Assembly: GCA_963729045.1 (NCBI GenBank)
Contig: CAVSMN010000012.1
Span: 339,683-403,682, forward strand
Direction: 5' to 3'
From: an uncultured Nitrososphaeraceae archaeon
Lineage (GTDB): Archaea > Thermoproteota > Nitrososphaeria > Nitrososphaerales > Nitrososphaeraceae
Length of the DNA: 64,000 bases
Position numbers and translations under genes: made by a program. Position 1 is the stretch's first letter. Every line of letters starts with the position of its first letter. The notes under the pieces were generated by a model that ran no database searches, was not told the origin of the DNA, and saw nothing but the letters and a program-made list of their open reading frames with translations. Positions 12,255-21,947 of this stretch are shown here, piece by piece.

Positions 12255-12383
12255 TTAAGCCACTAAGGGTTGCTCTTCTTCCTTCTCAATCTCTGGTTGC
12301 TGTTCTTCCTCCTCCTCAACTATCTTATCAATTTTCCTCTTGAAGAGTTTGCTATATTCGTAGTCTGATATGAACACGCACAT
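12255..12383 (-). CDS. Small acidic protein (42 aa), not in the ORF track
   Basis: Manual translation MCVFISDYEYSKLFKRKIDKIVEEEEEQQPEIEKEEEQPLVA*. Confidence 0.5.
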   Translation of the reverse strand: MCVFISDYEYSKLFKRKIDKIVEEEEEQQPEIEKEEEQPLVA

Positions 12384-12549
12384 ACCATGATATTCTGTAG
12401 TATATTACTTAAACAGATTCCTAATGGATTATTTTACATTTCTAATATATCTCCAGGATTAGATGAATTAGTATTTGATTCCATTAGAATGAATTATACA
12501 ATATAGGAATTTTCATTAATCTTATAAATCAAGATTTAGGGTCATAAGT

Positions 12550-13206
12550 ATGACTTCTTTAACTCCTGAAGAACTACTTACAACTACAAGAGCTGTGAGA
12601 AGGAGACTTGATCTTGAAAAACCTGTGGAAATTGAATTAGTTAAAAAATGCATAGAAATAGCCCAGCAGGCCCCAACGGCTTCCAATAGACAGAATTGGC
12701 ACTTTTTGATTATTACTGATCAATCCATGAAGAATTCATTATCTGATCTCTTTAGAAAAGGATGGCAATCCTATATAGATTCACCAACTTCTGTCGCCAA
12801 TACTATAAGTTCTGATGATCCAAAGAAAAGTGAAACTCAAAGGAAAATATATGAATCTGCGAAATATTTGGTAGACAATTTAAGAAATATTCCTGTATTT
12901 GTTATTCCCTGTATCGAAGGCAGAACCGACGGATCAAATATTTCAGTGGTAGTCCAAAGTGCTGTATGGGGATCCATTGCTCCAGCAGTTTGGAATTTTA
13001 TGCTAGCTGCCAGGTTATACGGATTGGGAACAACTTGGACTAGTTTTCATCTTTTGTTTGAAAAAGAGGCCGCTGAATTATTGAATATCCCATATGAAAA
13101 AGTTATGCAAGCGGCCTTGCTTCCTGTAGCATACTATAAGGGAACATCCTTTAAACCTGCACCAAGAGATCCGATAGAAAAAATAATACACATTAATTCA
13201 TGGTAG
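12550..13206 (+). CDS. Nitroreductase family protein
   Basis: 'TTRAVRR', 'AQQAPTASNRQNWHF', 'FMLAARLYGLGTTW'. Confidence 0.9.
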   Translation: MTSLTPEELLTTTRAVRRRLDLEKPVEIELVKKCIEIAQQAPTASNRQNWHFLIITDQSMKNSLSDLFRKGWQSYIDSPTSVANTISSDDPKKSETQRKIYESAKYLVDNLRNIPVFVIPCIEGRTDGSNISVVVQSAVWGSIAPAVWNFMLAARLYGLGTTWTSFHLLFEKEAAELLNIPYEKVMQAALLPVAYYKGTSFKPAPRDPIEKIIHINSW

Positions 13207-13574
13207 GGATTATTATCTTTTATTAGAACAATATCAAATAGCAATCAAAGGAGCTAATCCTTTCTTTAAATATGAAATGACCCTCATCCAAGGTGATTGT
13301 GAAGGGGAGAATACTTGCAAATCCATAATAAAACCTGGTATCAATAAGGTTACTGCGAACTTTTACTATGCAGGGATCGTCCCCTAAGGGATGTTGCACC
13401 CCGACCTTTCCCATTATATTAGTAGAGGTTTGTTTTGTACCAACTAATGGTATTTCTTATCTATATTTTTTCTAGTATGTCTGATCGTCATTGGACTGGG
13501 GCCAAGATAGATGCTATGTTTATAGATGATGGTAAACCAAGTAATAGGAAAAAATTAGACAAATAAAACTATCC

Positions 13575-14113
13575 AGTGCTTTCTCTTTTGTAATATAAAG
13601 TCTTGAGCATAAGATATCAATATTTCAAATTCCTCCTTCTTTAATGATTCAAATATATCAATCCGGTTCTTAACTAATGATTTTGTATCCTCTTCAACCG
13701 AGGGGGAAAGAATTGCCTTTCGCATTTGGTTTCTCTTTCTCTGTAGATGATCTTGTTTTGGTGTTTTTACTTTCCTTCTTGTCTATCCAAGACTCTACAA
13801 ATGAGCTACCTAATGTTGAAATAAATAATCCTAAAATCATAATGCCTATAATCATCAAGAAAGATGCTATGACTTTTCCTTCTGTTGTAACGGGATAGAT
13901 GTCTCCATACCCAACAGTAGTGACAGTAACCAATGCCCACCACAAAGCGTCTCCAAATGATGATATCTTGCTATCTGGTGCGGCGAACTCAACAACATAC
14001 TCCGCATATGCGCCGAACATTATGGAGCTAAAAGCAAAAATCAGAATATACATAATTTTGCTGCCTTCAAAAATCGAGATCGTTCTAAAGAAGAGATGAA
14101 TGATTCTAAATGC
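13575..14113 (-). pseudogene. 5'-truncated potassium channel (starts within an S4-like segment; frameshifted tail)
   Basis: 'ALWWALVTVTTVGYGD'; the frame extends upstream as AFRIIHLFFRTISIFEGSK to a TGA at ~14114-14116; a tail 'KNRIDIFESLKKEEFEIL' resembles the tail of the channel at 9310. Confidence 0.75.
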
Positions 14114-14248
14114 TCAGGCTGTGAGGTAGCATATAACACAGACTCTATATTTTGCTACTGCTGCAAATGTAGACTCAGAAAACGAAACTCTAGATCAAAA
14201 AGGTCAATGAAATCTAGATTAATGATGTCAGAGGTAAAGAGGTATTAA
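14096..14248 (+). CDS. Small Cys-rich Zn-finger protein, probably 5'-truncated
   Basis: Manual translation MNDSKCSGCEVAYNTDSIFCYCCKCRLRKRNSRSKRSMKSRLMMSEVKRY*; stop lies 1 nt before the thyX ATG; CxxC...CxCC-x-x-RLR pattern resembles a small thaumarchaeal family. Confidence 0.6.
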   Translation: MNDSKCSGCEVAYNTDSIFCYCCKCRLRKRNSRSKRSMKSRLMMSEVKRY

Positions 14249-14249
14249 C

Positions 14250-15590
14250 ATGGTTTTAGAATTTATCAGATCTGAAACTCATCCATCTACCATTTTCTTT
14301 ATTAATGCTAATTCTCTCCAGGACAAAATAGACCTGGGAGCCTTGCTATCTCGATATTCTAGAAGCCACAAAGATGCTGAAACTTTATACAAAGAAGAAT
14401 TTCTAACTAATCCAAATAGAGGAGCGGAATTCTATGCTAAGGTATTTGGCCAATATGGTGATGATTCTATTTCTGAATTAGTGCCTCATGGATTTGCTTT
14501 ATGTTTAGAGAACATTCCTATATTATGGTCTACCTATCTACTCCATTATAGAACTCTATCAGCTATTGAGAAATCAACTAGATACGTAAAGGCATTTGAT
14601 TATTACAAACCTGATTCTAAATATAATGCTCCAAATTTATACGATGCTTTATGTAAAAAAAGAATAGACGAATACAACAAAGCACACGATAAAGCATATA
14701 GAAAATTATCTTTAAAAATTGACGCAAATGATTTAGAAAAGCCTGCAGTAAAGAGAGCATTAAATGCTAGGGCTTTAGACGAAACTAGGGACTTGTTACC
14801 TTTATCTACTTTTACATCCTTGGGAATCATGGCTAATCTTCGTTCCTGGCTTAACATCCTTACCAAAGAAAAAGTAAGAAATGATCCGAGTGTATATACA
14901 GCAGAACTAATAGATCCACTTACAGAATTATTCAAAAAATATTTTCCTACCATTTTCAGCCAAGATAAAATAAACTATCTTAAAGAGGCTGAAACAGTAG
15001 CATTCGATTCAAAACTACAATTAGAAATATCATTTAAAGAAGGTCCTGCAAATCCAAATGATACAGATGAATTTACATTAAAAAGCGAGATAGACGATGA
15101 TACAAGATTAGACTATCTTTCTTATGCTTATGAAACAAAGAGAATGAAAAAGACAAAACCACTAAGGGAGACTGAAATGCTAGACTTTACTATCGCTATC
15201 CCTGATTTAGATATAGCAGCATTTAGAGATATACAAAGACACAGATATTTCACAATACAAATCAATAAATGGGAAAATTATCAATCAACAGATGAAGAAT
15301 TTATTTTATTATCCTCTCCTCTCTCTACAACTATAGATATAACTATTAAGGGAAATCTAAGACAATGGACTCATGCTATAGAATTAAGAACTCAAGAGCA
15401 AGGTCATCCAAATTATAGAAGAATATTTCAAAGCTGTGGTATAGTAATCGCTAAACAATTAGACATAGACAAGGAAGAATTATTTCCTTATGCAGATTGG
15501 CGTAGTGATGAAGAAATTAACGGGTTAGGCAGACTCAAATCAGAAGAAAAGAAGCAGAATAATGATATAGGAGATTCTAATCTAACATGA
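14250..15590 (+). CDS. thyX: FAD-dependent thymidylate synthase, tandem two-domain type
   Basis: 'LSRYSRS', 'YGDDSISEL', 'EKSTRY', 'RDLLPLSTFTSLGIMANLR', second domain 'FRDIQRHR', 'NLRQWTHAIELRTQEQGHPNYR'. Confidence 0.85.
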   Translation: MVLEFIRSETHPSTIFFINANSLQDKIDLGALLSRYSRSHKDAETLYKEEFLTNPNRGAEFYAKVFGQYGDDSISELVPHGFALCLENIPILWSTYLLHYRTLSAIEKSTRYVKAFDYYKPDSKYNAPNLYDALCKKRIDEYNKAHDKAYRKLSLKIDANDLEKPAVKRALNARALDETRDLLPLSTFTSLGIMANLRSWLNILTKEKVRNDPSVYTAELIDPLTELFKKYFPTIFSQDKINYLKEAETVAFDSKLQLEISFKEGPANPNDTDEFTLKSEIDDDTRLDYLSYAYETKRMKKTKPLRETEMLDFTIAIPDLDIAAFRDIQRHRYFTIQINKWENYQSTDEEFILLSSPLSTTIDITIKGNLRQWTHAIELRTQEQGHPNYRRIFQSCGIVIAKQLDIDKEELFPYADWRSDEEINGLGRLKSEEKKQNNDIGDSNLT

Positions 15591-16012
15591 GTTCAGACTT
15601 TTATGATGCTAATTCACCTATCGGAGACACGATATTAGAGGATAAATCCCCTGCAGATATTGATGAAGATATAACTTTATGTGATTCATGTTCTAACATT
15701 ATATTAGTTCCCTATCAAGAGAACAAATTAATCTGCACTCGATGCGGGAATATATATGATCCACATTACGAATTAGTCCAGATCCAAGATAAAGAAACAA
15801 CATTAGATGAATTATCATCACAAGGAGAATTAGGATATAAGGATGAAAGTAAGAAACCCATATCAAAAACTCTAAATCATAAAGAAGCAAGACTAGAAAA
15901 TATAGAATATGTAAAGAAAGAATTTGAAAGATACAGACAAATAGAAATCATTGATAAAGACGTAATTACTAATAAAATATCAAAGAGGCCAAAGGTAAAC
16001 AACAATGAATAA
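15587..16012 (+). CDS. Zn-ribbon protein
   Basis: CDSC...CTRC; ATGA overlap with the thyX stop. Confidence 0.65.
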   Translation: MSSDFYDANSPIGDTILEDKSPADIDEDITLCDSCSNIILVPYQENKLICTRCGNIYDPHYELVQIQDKETTLDELSSQGELGYKDESKKPISKTLNHKEARLENIEYVKKEFERYRQIEIIDKDVITNKISKRPKVNNNE

Positions 16013-16175
16013 TGAAAGACTGAGAGAATTGTTAAACTCTCTTAATGATATACATGAATCCCTAATAAATATACGAAATGAAAGACAGCGAGAAGTGGAT
16101 AAAATAGAGAGAGAAAGAATTAAGATATATCATATTATGAAAGACTTGTCAGATGAGATAGACAAGAATGACTAA
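16005..16175 (+). CDS. Small coiled-coil protein (56 aa)
   Basis: Manual translation MNNERLRELLNSLNDIHESLINIRNERQREVDKIERERIKIYHIMKDLSDEIDKND*; overlaps the preceding stop. Confidence 0.55.
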   Translation: MNNERLRELLNSLNDIHESLINIRNERQREVDKIERERIKIYHIMKDLSDEIDKND

Positions 16176-16257
16176 TTCCTACATTATATTCCATTAATTT
16201 TACATTAATACCCTTGTAATTCTAAAGTCTTTTAATAGATAATTACTTTAAGTGTAT

Positions 16258-16410
16258 ATGGTTCAAATAGATTTTACAGAAGATGACATAAAGAATCTAA
16301 AAACACTATTACAATTCTCTAAAGATGCATGTCCTGTTGAGAGTCTAGAGGGGAATATGGATAATGACTATCTTGATACCCTAATTGATAAGTTAGAAAA
16401 GGCAAAATAA
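16258..16410 (+). CDS. Small hypothetical protein (50 aa)
   Basis: Manual translation MVQIDFTEDDIKNLKTLLQFSKDACPVESLEGNMDNDYLDTLIDKLEKAK*. Confidence 0.55.
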   Translation: MVQIDFTEDDIKNLKTLLQFSKDACPVESLEGNMDNDYLDTLIDKLEKAK

Positions 16411-16460
16411 ATAACTATTATTCATCATCTATTCTTATTTTATGAGGATATTATCGGGCC

Positions 16461-16625
16461 ATGAAAGTAACAAAGGAAATGAAAGAAAAAATCAACAATA
16501 ATGGTTTTGTTGTAGATTACATTTATTGTAGTGAATGTTCTAATTTCACATCTCTCAAGGACTATGAAATAGGAGACGATGTAACCTGTCAGTATTGCAA
16601 AAAAGATAAGAATATTGTAGAATAA
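16461..16625 (+). CDS. Small Zn-finger protein (54 aa)
   Basis: MKVTKEMKEKINNNGFVVDYIYCSECSNFTSLKDYEIGDDVTCQYCKKDKNIVE*; two CxxC pairs. Confidence 0.6.
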   Translation: MKVTKEMKEKINNNGFVVDYIYCSECSNFTSLKDYEIGDDVTCQYCKKDKNIVE

Positions 16626-16633
16626 TAAACAAT

Positions 16634-16747
16634 ATGAAGCTCACAAAAGAAATCAAGGAGAGAATAGATTACAGAGGTAAGAGCTTAAAAATATCTAGAA
16701 GTTGTAATAAAGGAAGTTAAGAAAGAAGAAAAATTCCCTGACTCCTG
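16634..16747 (+). CDS. Very small ORF with N-terminus similar to the preceding ORF (possibly frameshifted)
   Basis: MKLTKEIKERI versus MKVTKEMKEKI. Confidence 0.3.
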
Positions 16748-16923
16748 ATTTTGTTACTAATCTAACATTTCCATTTGAGGCTTGAGACTTGCACTTTTAT
16801 TTATAAAGGGGGTAAATAATAATTATCAATAGATAGATACTATAATCAAGTAAAGTGTTTCTTGTTGAATCTTTCTTGAGATCTTATCAGAGGTAAAGTA
16901 TGATTGATCCGAAAAACTAAATA

Positions 16924-17542
16924 TCAATTTCTTAGCCTTTCGATAATTAGCTTTTTATTTAGGGAAAATAGTTTTGGATAACTGTAAGAACTGGTAGGAG
17001 TCAAATTTGTCTTTAGATAGTTTGATAACAACAACTGAGCTATTACTTTCATATTTTTTCTCTCATCTTTATTTATTTTCCTACCAGCAAATAGATCGAT
17101 ACCAATACTCCACCAAACAACATTCTTGTTATTCACAAGATTTAATGTCGTAATTTCAATGGAACGATCAGGAACACCTTTATTTAAAACTGGTAGCAAT
17201 AAATCGTCCTTAGATCTGAATTTATATCTTGACCTTTCTTTCATTACTCTTATCCATGGATGTACGGGATTCTCAGCTATTTGTTCTTCAATTTGTTTGT
17301 CTGTTTTTCTTTTTGAATCCAAGAAACCTAATATTTGCTCTTTCTCTTGAATCTGATAAAACGGTGTGTTTTCTCCTATATGTTCTGCATATCTTATCAA
17401 AACCTTTAGTAAACCATTTTGATAATTTTCCGAGGTATTGCGTTCTGCAATATTCGTAAAAATCTCTAATTACTTGTCTATTGGTCTGATTTGTTACTTT
17501 GATTTCTATATTTTGAATGGTTGTTGATAATTTAGCGGGCAA
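16924..17542 (-). pseudogene. N-terminal stub of a Nitrososphaera-type tyrosine integrase, fused to unrelated sequence
   Basis: MPAKLSTTIQNI...IRDFYEY...(fs)ENYQNGLLKVLIRYAEHIG...EQILGFLDSKRK resembles the N-terminus of these integrases; no catalytic R/HxxR/Y motifs follow; starts ~60 bp from the att copy. Confidence 0.6.
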
Positions 17543-17604
17543 TAATATACCCCCTTCTCTTACCTAATCTCCTATACAACCAAGAATTGTTGGAACCCAG
17601 ATGG

Positions 17605-17627
17605 TTAACGGGCCCGAAGGGCTTCGA
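17605..17627 (-). repeat. att-like direct repeat of the tRNA-Arg(TCT) 3' end
   Basis: ttaacgggcccgaagggcttcga is identical at 17605-17627 and 21846-21868. Confidence 0.9.
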
Positions 17628-18210
17628 ATCCATCAAGGATATGGGATCTGTTAATTCTATATATTTCATGCAGATAATTTATGATATTTGAAAATAGATA
17701 GATGAATAGATAATCTTGACATGAGTGTATGTGTCTCTTTCTTATTTTATAATGAAAAATAACTATAGAACAATACTATAAATAATTTGCATTTCTTACT
17801 ATTGGGAATACATTGTTTTATTAAGTAAAGTCAAGATAACATATTAATTATAGTTGTTTCAAACTATTTTATTTTCTCCTAATATTTAGGTCCAAATTGC
17901 TCAAGTTAATTACAGAAATAGAACGAATGACCTTTGATTTCAAATAGATTAATTCATGAACAATCATATAATCGATAATTTTGACGAGAGTAAGCATCTA
18001 TTGGTATCCAAGTTTCGCAGAGAAATTGTAATCGATCAGAAATAAAAAAACAGATTCAAAAATACCATTATTTCTGGTTTATGTAAAACAGAATAAAATG
18101 CCTCCGGGGTTTCCAATGGTCATGTATTATCAAGAATATTAGAATAATCTAGGTTAGCTAAATTAACGCCTGCATTTTTATGTTCGGTCATACATACACC
18201 AATAACTCGA

Positions 18211-19646
18211 CTATTTCACAATCTGATTTCTCGCATACTGATTGATTTCGTCTTTAGCATCATCATATCCTCTCTCAAGTAATAGTTTAATTGTTCCAGT
18301 AGAGAAATCAAAAGTTTTATTTGAAATAGTATATTCATCATTCTTGCGGTCTATGCGTAATATATCATCTATTTCTGGTCGTCCTTCAAGTAAGTCTGAA
18401 TATTTGCGAATCTTTGAGAACATACCGTGGGATCGCGTATTCTGGTTCAAGATATCGTTAATAATTTCGTCTTTTAGTCCATTCTCCTTTGCCGCTTTTA
18501 TTAATTTACTTATCAAGGTAATATAATCTGAAATTGCTAACATCGCAAGTTCTTCTGTCTTCGTCCGATCAGAGAAGGTTATGTCAGTATTCCTGTTAAT
18601 AACCCCGTCCCGATCAGTAGGAATCTCTGCCTGTTTCGTGGGATGTAGATTGATAATACATATTCCTAGTGCTGGTATCTTGTTCCTTAATCCTCTTACT
18701 TTCCACCAATAGAGCCTGTGTAGGAGAACTAGTTGCACTAATGGAGTATTGGTCATAAGTCCGCCGTCCCAAAAATGTCGCATCTCTTTTCTGTAGCCGA
18801 TCCCATCGCTGTTATTTGTCGGCCCGCTGATAAAAAGAGAATCAACTTCTATTTTAGTAAAATCAAAATTGACTGGAAAGGATCCACTTGCCATAACATG
18901 ATCTGATGTAATACCCTTATCATAGTGAACAACATGTTCAAATCCGAATTCCTTGCCGTTCTGATTTATGAATCTTCCATACTCTGTTTTTCGTGAACCA
19001 TCTTCTGTTGGATAGCTGTCAAATGTGACTGGTATACCATCAGCAACGTCAACTGCTACTAGTATGAGCCTTGGCTGATCTTCTTCTTGATTGGTAGCAA
19101 TTGGAAATTTTACAAATCGCTCCAAACTTCTTCGTAAAGGTTCATTATTATAGCGGTACCATGTATTATTAGAATCAAAAAACCTGCTGTCGTGTGCAGG
19201 CAAATGAGGATAAAAGACATTGGTACTCCGTATATCGCAAATTCTTGGGCTGAATAGTATCTTCTTGCAGCTTCTCCAGACGCAATCTTTCCATTAATTG
19301 CATGCCAATAATCCCACCAAGGTTTAAAAAATGGATTAGATCCAACTAATGATTCCTTAGAAAGGTAATTCCAGAAATCGATAAGTCTCTCTGCTGATCC
19401 CTCATAAGTCTGATTTTCTACGACATAACTTACGAGAACAGCAGAGTTGATAGCACCTATTGAAGTTCCTGCAACGATATTAAATATAGGCCGTCCCTTT
19501 TTACCTTCATCTGTATCCCTTTTAGAGAAGAATTCATACATTGCCTTGTACACTCCAGCTTCATAAGCACCAAGAGACCCTCCTCCTTGAAGTACTAAGG
19601 CTCTCTCCCTATCTGGAACACCCGTTTGCTTCTTAATACTAGACAT
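18211..19646 (-). CDS. Patatin-like phospholipase (frameshift near 19215)
   Basis: 'LVLQGGGSLGAYEAG', nucleophile elbow 'GTSIG', catalytic 'WDGG'. Confidence 0.9.
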
Positions 19647-20444
19647 TGTTATAATAGCAAACTCATAAAAGATAAAAGATTTTATGTTAAAAAGAGACAC
19701 GGTCTCTTCTCATTTAATGGACAACCTAACCTGGACGGGGTGGACACCTGAGATGAGTCTGAATTGTTACTAACTAAGAGCTCGTCCTAAAAACTCTATA
19801 ACACTTTCAAACTTGCATGGCATTCCTCTCGTGTGATTTGACCAATCTGACTGCAAAGGCCTTAGATGTAAAGCTTCGAAGATTTAATGAAAATATCGTT
19901 ATAGGTCTTCATTCCAATCAGGCTTTGCTTGATATGTTTGATGACTAGGAGACGACGCTTAGGGAAGATATGTCCAAAATCTTCATTATGGCTGCAGATC
20001 GATTTCTAATGCTACCATGTTCCTGTTCATGTATCGAAGGATTACAATGTGGAGCAACAAGGTCTAAAAGAGCGGATGGCCGCAGTAAACGGATTATTTC
20101 CGAAGAAATCAGAAAAGGAGAAAAAATCTTGCGGCAATTATACCTCACTTTCGTCATAATGATCACCAAATCAATTAATCTTCCTACATAGAAGTCAAGC
20201 ATTCATTCTGATTATTTTAATCTTAATTTATTTCGAAATTAAATAGGAAAGTGAAATGTAAATATCAGTTCTATTTGAGCCTCCCTACTCAGTTGGACTC
20301 GTCATTGATCCTAATAATCAGAAAACCAAGATCCATAAACATACTCACGCATTCAATCATCGATTCATCGCAATGTTGCCATCATTTTTTTGTCACTCTT
20401 GACTCTTACTGAAAGTGAGAATATTCATATACATGGACTACTTT

Positions 20445-20813
20445 TCACTCGGTACTGGATTTTTCCTTGGCACTCATTTCGATTTCTTTTGAGAGAGACC
20501 AGCTTAGTAATATTCTTAAAACCACAATCAATGCGAAAACTGCGGTTTCCTCTAGAGTTGGATCCAACAAAGACTTAAGTAAATCAGCGGCGATCAAGAA
20601 ATCTAGTGCAATAAGAAGGCCTCTTAACATTCTCGTGACTAATTGGCGGACATATACCTGTCGCTGCTCTTTCCGTATTTTAGAGAGTAACAACTTGATC
20701 AAATAAAATAACCCTATTATTACAATCGCAACTACAAATATTCCAACTATTACCTCTATAATTATGACAAGGTATTCAACAATCAGGTGAAAGATTTCTG
20801 GACTTTCTACCAA
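20445..20813 (-). CDS. DUF1622 membrane protein
   Basis: 'GLLIALDFLIAADLLKS...VVLRILLSWSLSKEIE'. Confidence 0.8.
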   Translation of the reverse strand: MVESPEIFHLIVEYLVIIIEVIVGIFVVAIVIIGLFYLIKLLLSKIRKEQRQVYVRQLVTRMLRGLLIALDFLIAADLLKSLLDPTLEETAVFALIVVLRILLSWSLSKEIEMSAKEKSSTE

Positions 20814-21045
20814 GCTCTAAATTACCTTTATAATCTTAATGCTTATATCTATGTCGGATTCAGTTTTTTGGCATCATAAATTCCAACCGGATCTTTTTTT
20901 ATCAAACAAGTCATATTGTATGAAACTTTTTTATTTACTAAACTTTGAACCATCTAATTATCTTTAGATTCAGAATAGGAATAACTAATAACCCAGCTGA
21001 TATTTTTCCTATCTAGTATTTCTGTAGGTTATTAACTTTAATTAG

Positions 21046-21841
21046 CTAAATTAGTATTTTATCGTTAGCATTGAACTCAATTTCATTGATAATGCTGTCA
21101 TGTGAATATTCAATTCCCGTCTGATTTTTAACCAAATCTAAATATTTAGTGATACATGACCGAACCATTTTGTTATTTTCTATTAAATTGAACGATTCTG
21201 GTGCAACATCTCCATGTACTATCGAACTACGTATAGCATAAAATTCCTGAACTCGTTTATGCATCGATTTACGATTCTTGTTGGTCTTGGGTTAACAATC
21301 TTGAACTCCTCAAACTCAACCTATGCGTTACCGAATCCTTGGGATCTTTTTTCTTTGAAAAGAATGCTTCCATAGCAATTGCAAGATCTATGATAGTATC
21401 ATCTGCATCAATTCTTTGATAACTGTAATTGAATCTGCGAAAAGAAGTTCTAATATTAGTAAAAGGATCGTCGAGATTTTGTCTTTGTTCTATTAGTTCC
21501 AAGGTTTCGGGATAATTTCTATAGAATTCGATAAATTCAGCAAGTTTTTGAGAATTAAATAGGTATTGTGATTGACTATAAGATTCGAAACCCAGTATCT
21601 TTAATCCTGTTGTACCTGATGAATAATCGAGAAATTCTGAAGAAAAATAATTAACGGTAAAATCTATTCCGAACCCGCCCTCTTGGAATAATCTAAATGA
21701 TGTAATTAATGACGTAAATAAGCTCAACGTAACTTGACTATCTATATCGTCTACTCGTTGATTATTAAGACAATAAATCCATCTCATAATTTCTTTTAAA
21801 TTCAATAATCCAATTTGTATCAATGAAATATTTGAACCCAT
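21046..21841 (-). CDS. Apea-like HEPN domain protein (frameshifted, probably 5'-truncated)
   Basis: 'RRFNYSY...IIDLAIAMEAFF...LSLRSSRLL' followed by the RxxxxH motif 'YAIRSSIVHG' in ORF 21046-21264. Confidence 0.75.
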
Positions 21842-21849
21842 GTGATTAA

Positions 21850-21947
21850 CGGGCCCGAAGGGCTTCGATCCCTCGACTTCCGGCTTTCTTCATAATTAGA
21901 GTATCAGATAGAAGGCAGGCGCTCTATCCATGCTGAGCTACGGACCC
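21850..21947 (-). tRNA. tRNA-Arg(TCT) with a 23-nt intron at 37/38 (intron 21886-21908)
   Basis: Reverse complement GGGTCCGTAGCTCAGCATGGATAGAGCGCCTGCCTTCTA[tctgatactctaattatgaagaa]AGCCGGAAGTCGAGGGATCGAAGCCCTTCGGGCCCG; CUUC/GAAG helix with an AA^A bulge. Confidence 0.9.

Larger units (their letters stand above)
14096..17542. mobile_element. Remnant of a provirus/plasmid-like integrative element
   Basis: Co-oriented, tightly packed small ORFs plus thyX; integrase stub next to a tRNA-derived att copy; abrupt gene-truncating left junction. Confidence 0.55.
17605..21868. mobile_element. tRNA-Arg-integrated islet bounded by 23-bp direct repeats, no integrase inside
   Basis: Direct repeat of the tRNA 3' end at both sides; cargo is patatin, DUF1622 and HEPN. 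Confidence 0.7.

Noticed and set aside
13235..13390. GC-richer patch with a small hairpin as an ncRNA
   Set aside because: Reads better as a C-terminal gene fragment (…QGDCEGENTCKSIIKPGINKVTANFYYAGIVP*); no recognisable RNA motif
19700..20400. ORFs 19945-20202 and 19970-20191
   Set aside because: Overlapping opposite-strand ORFs with no recognisable motif; probably decayed sequence
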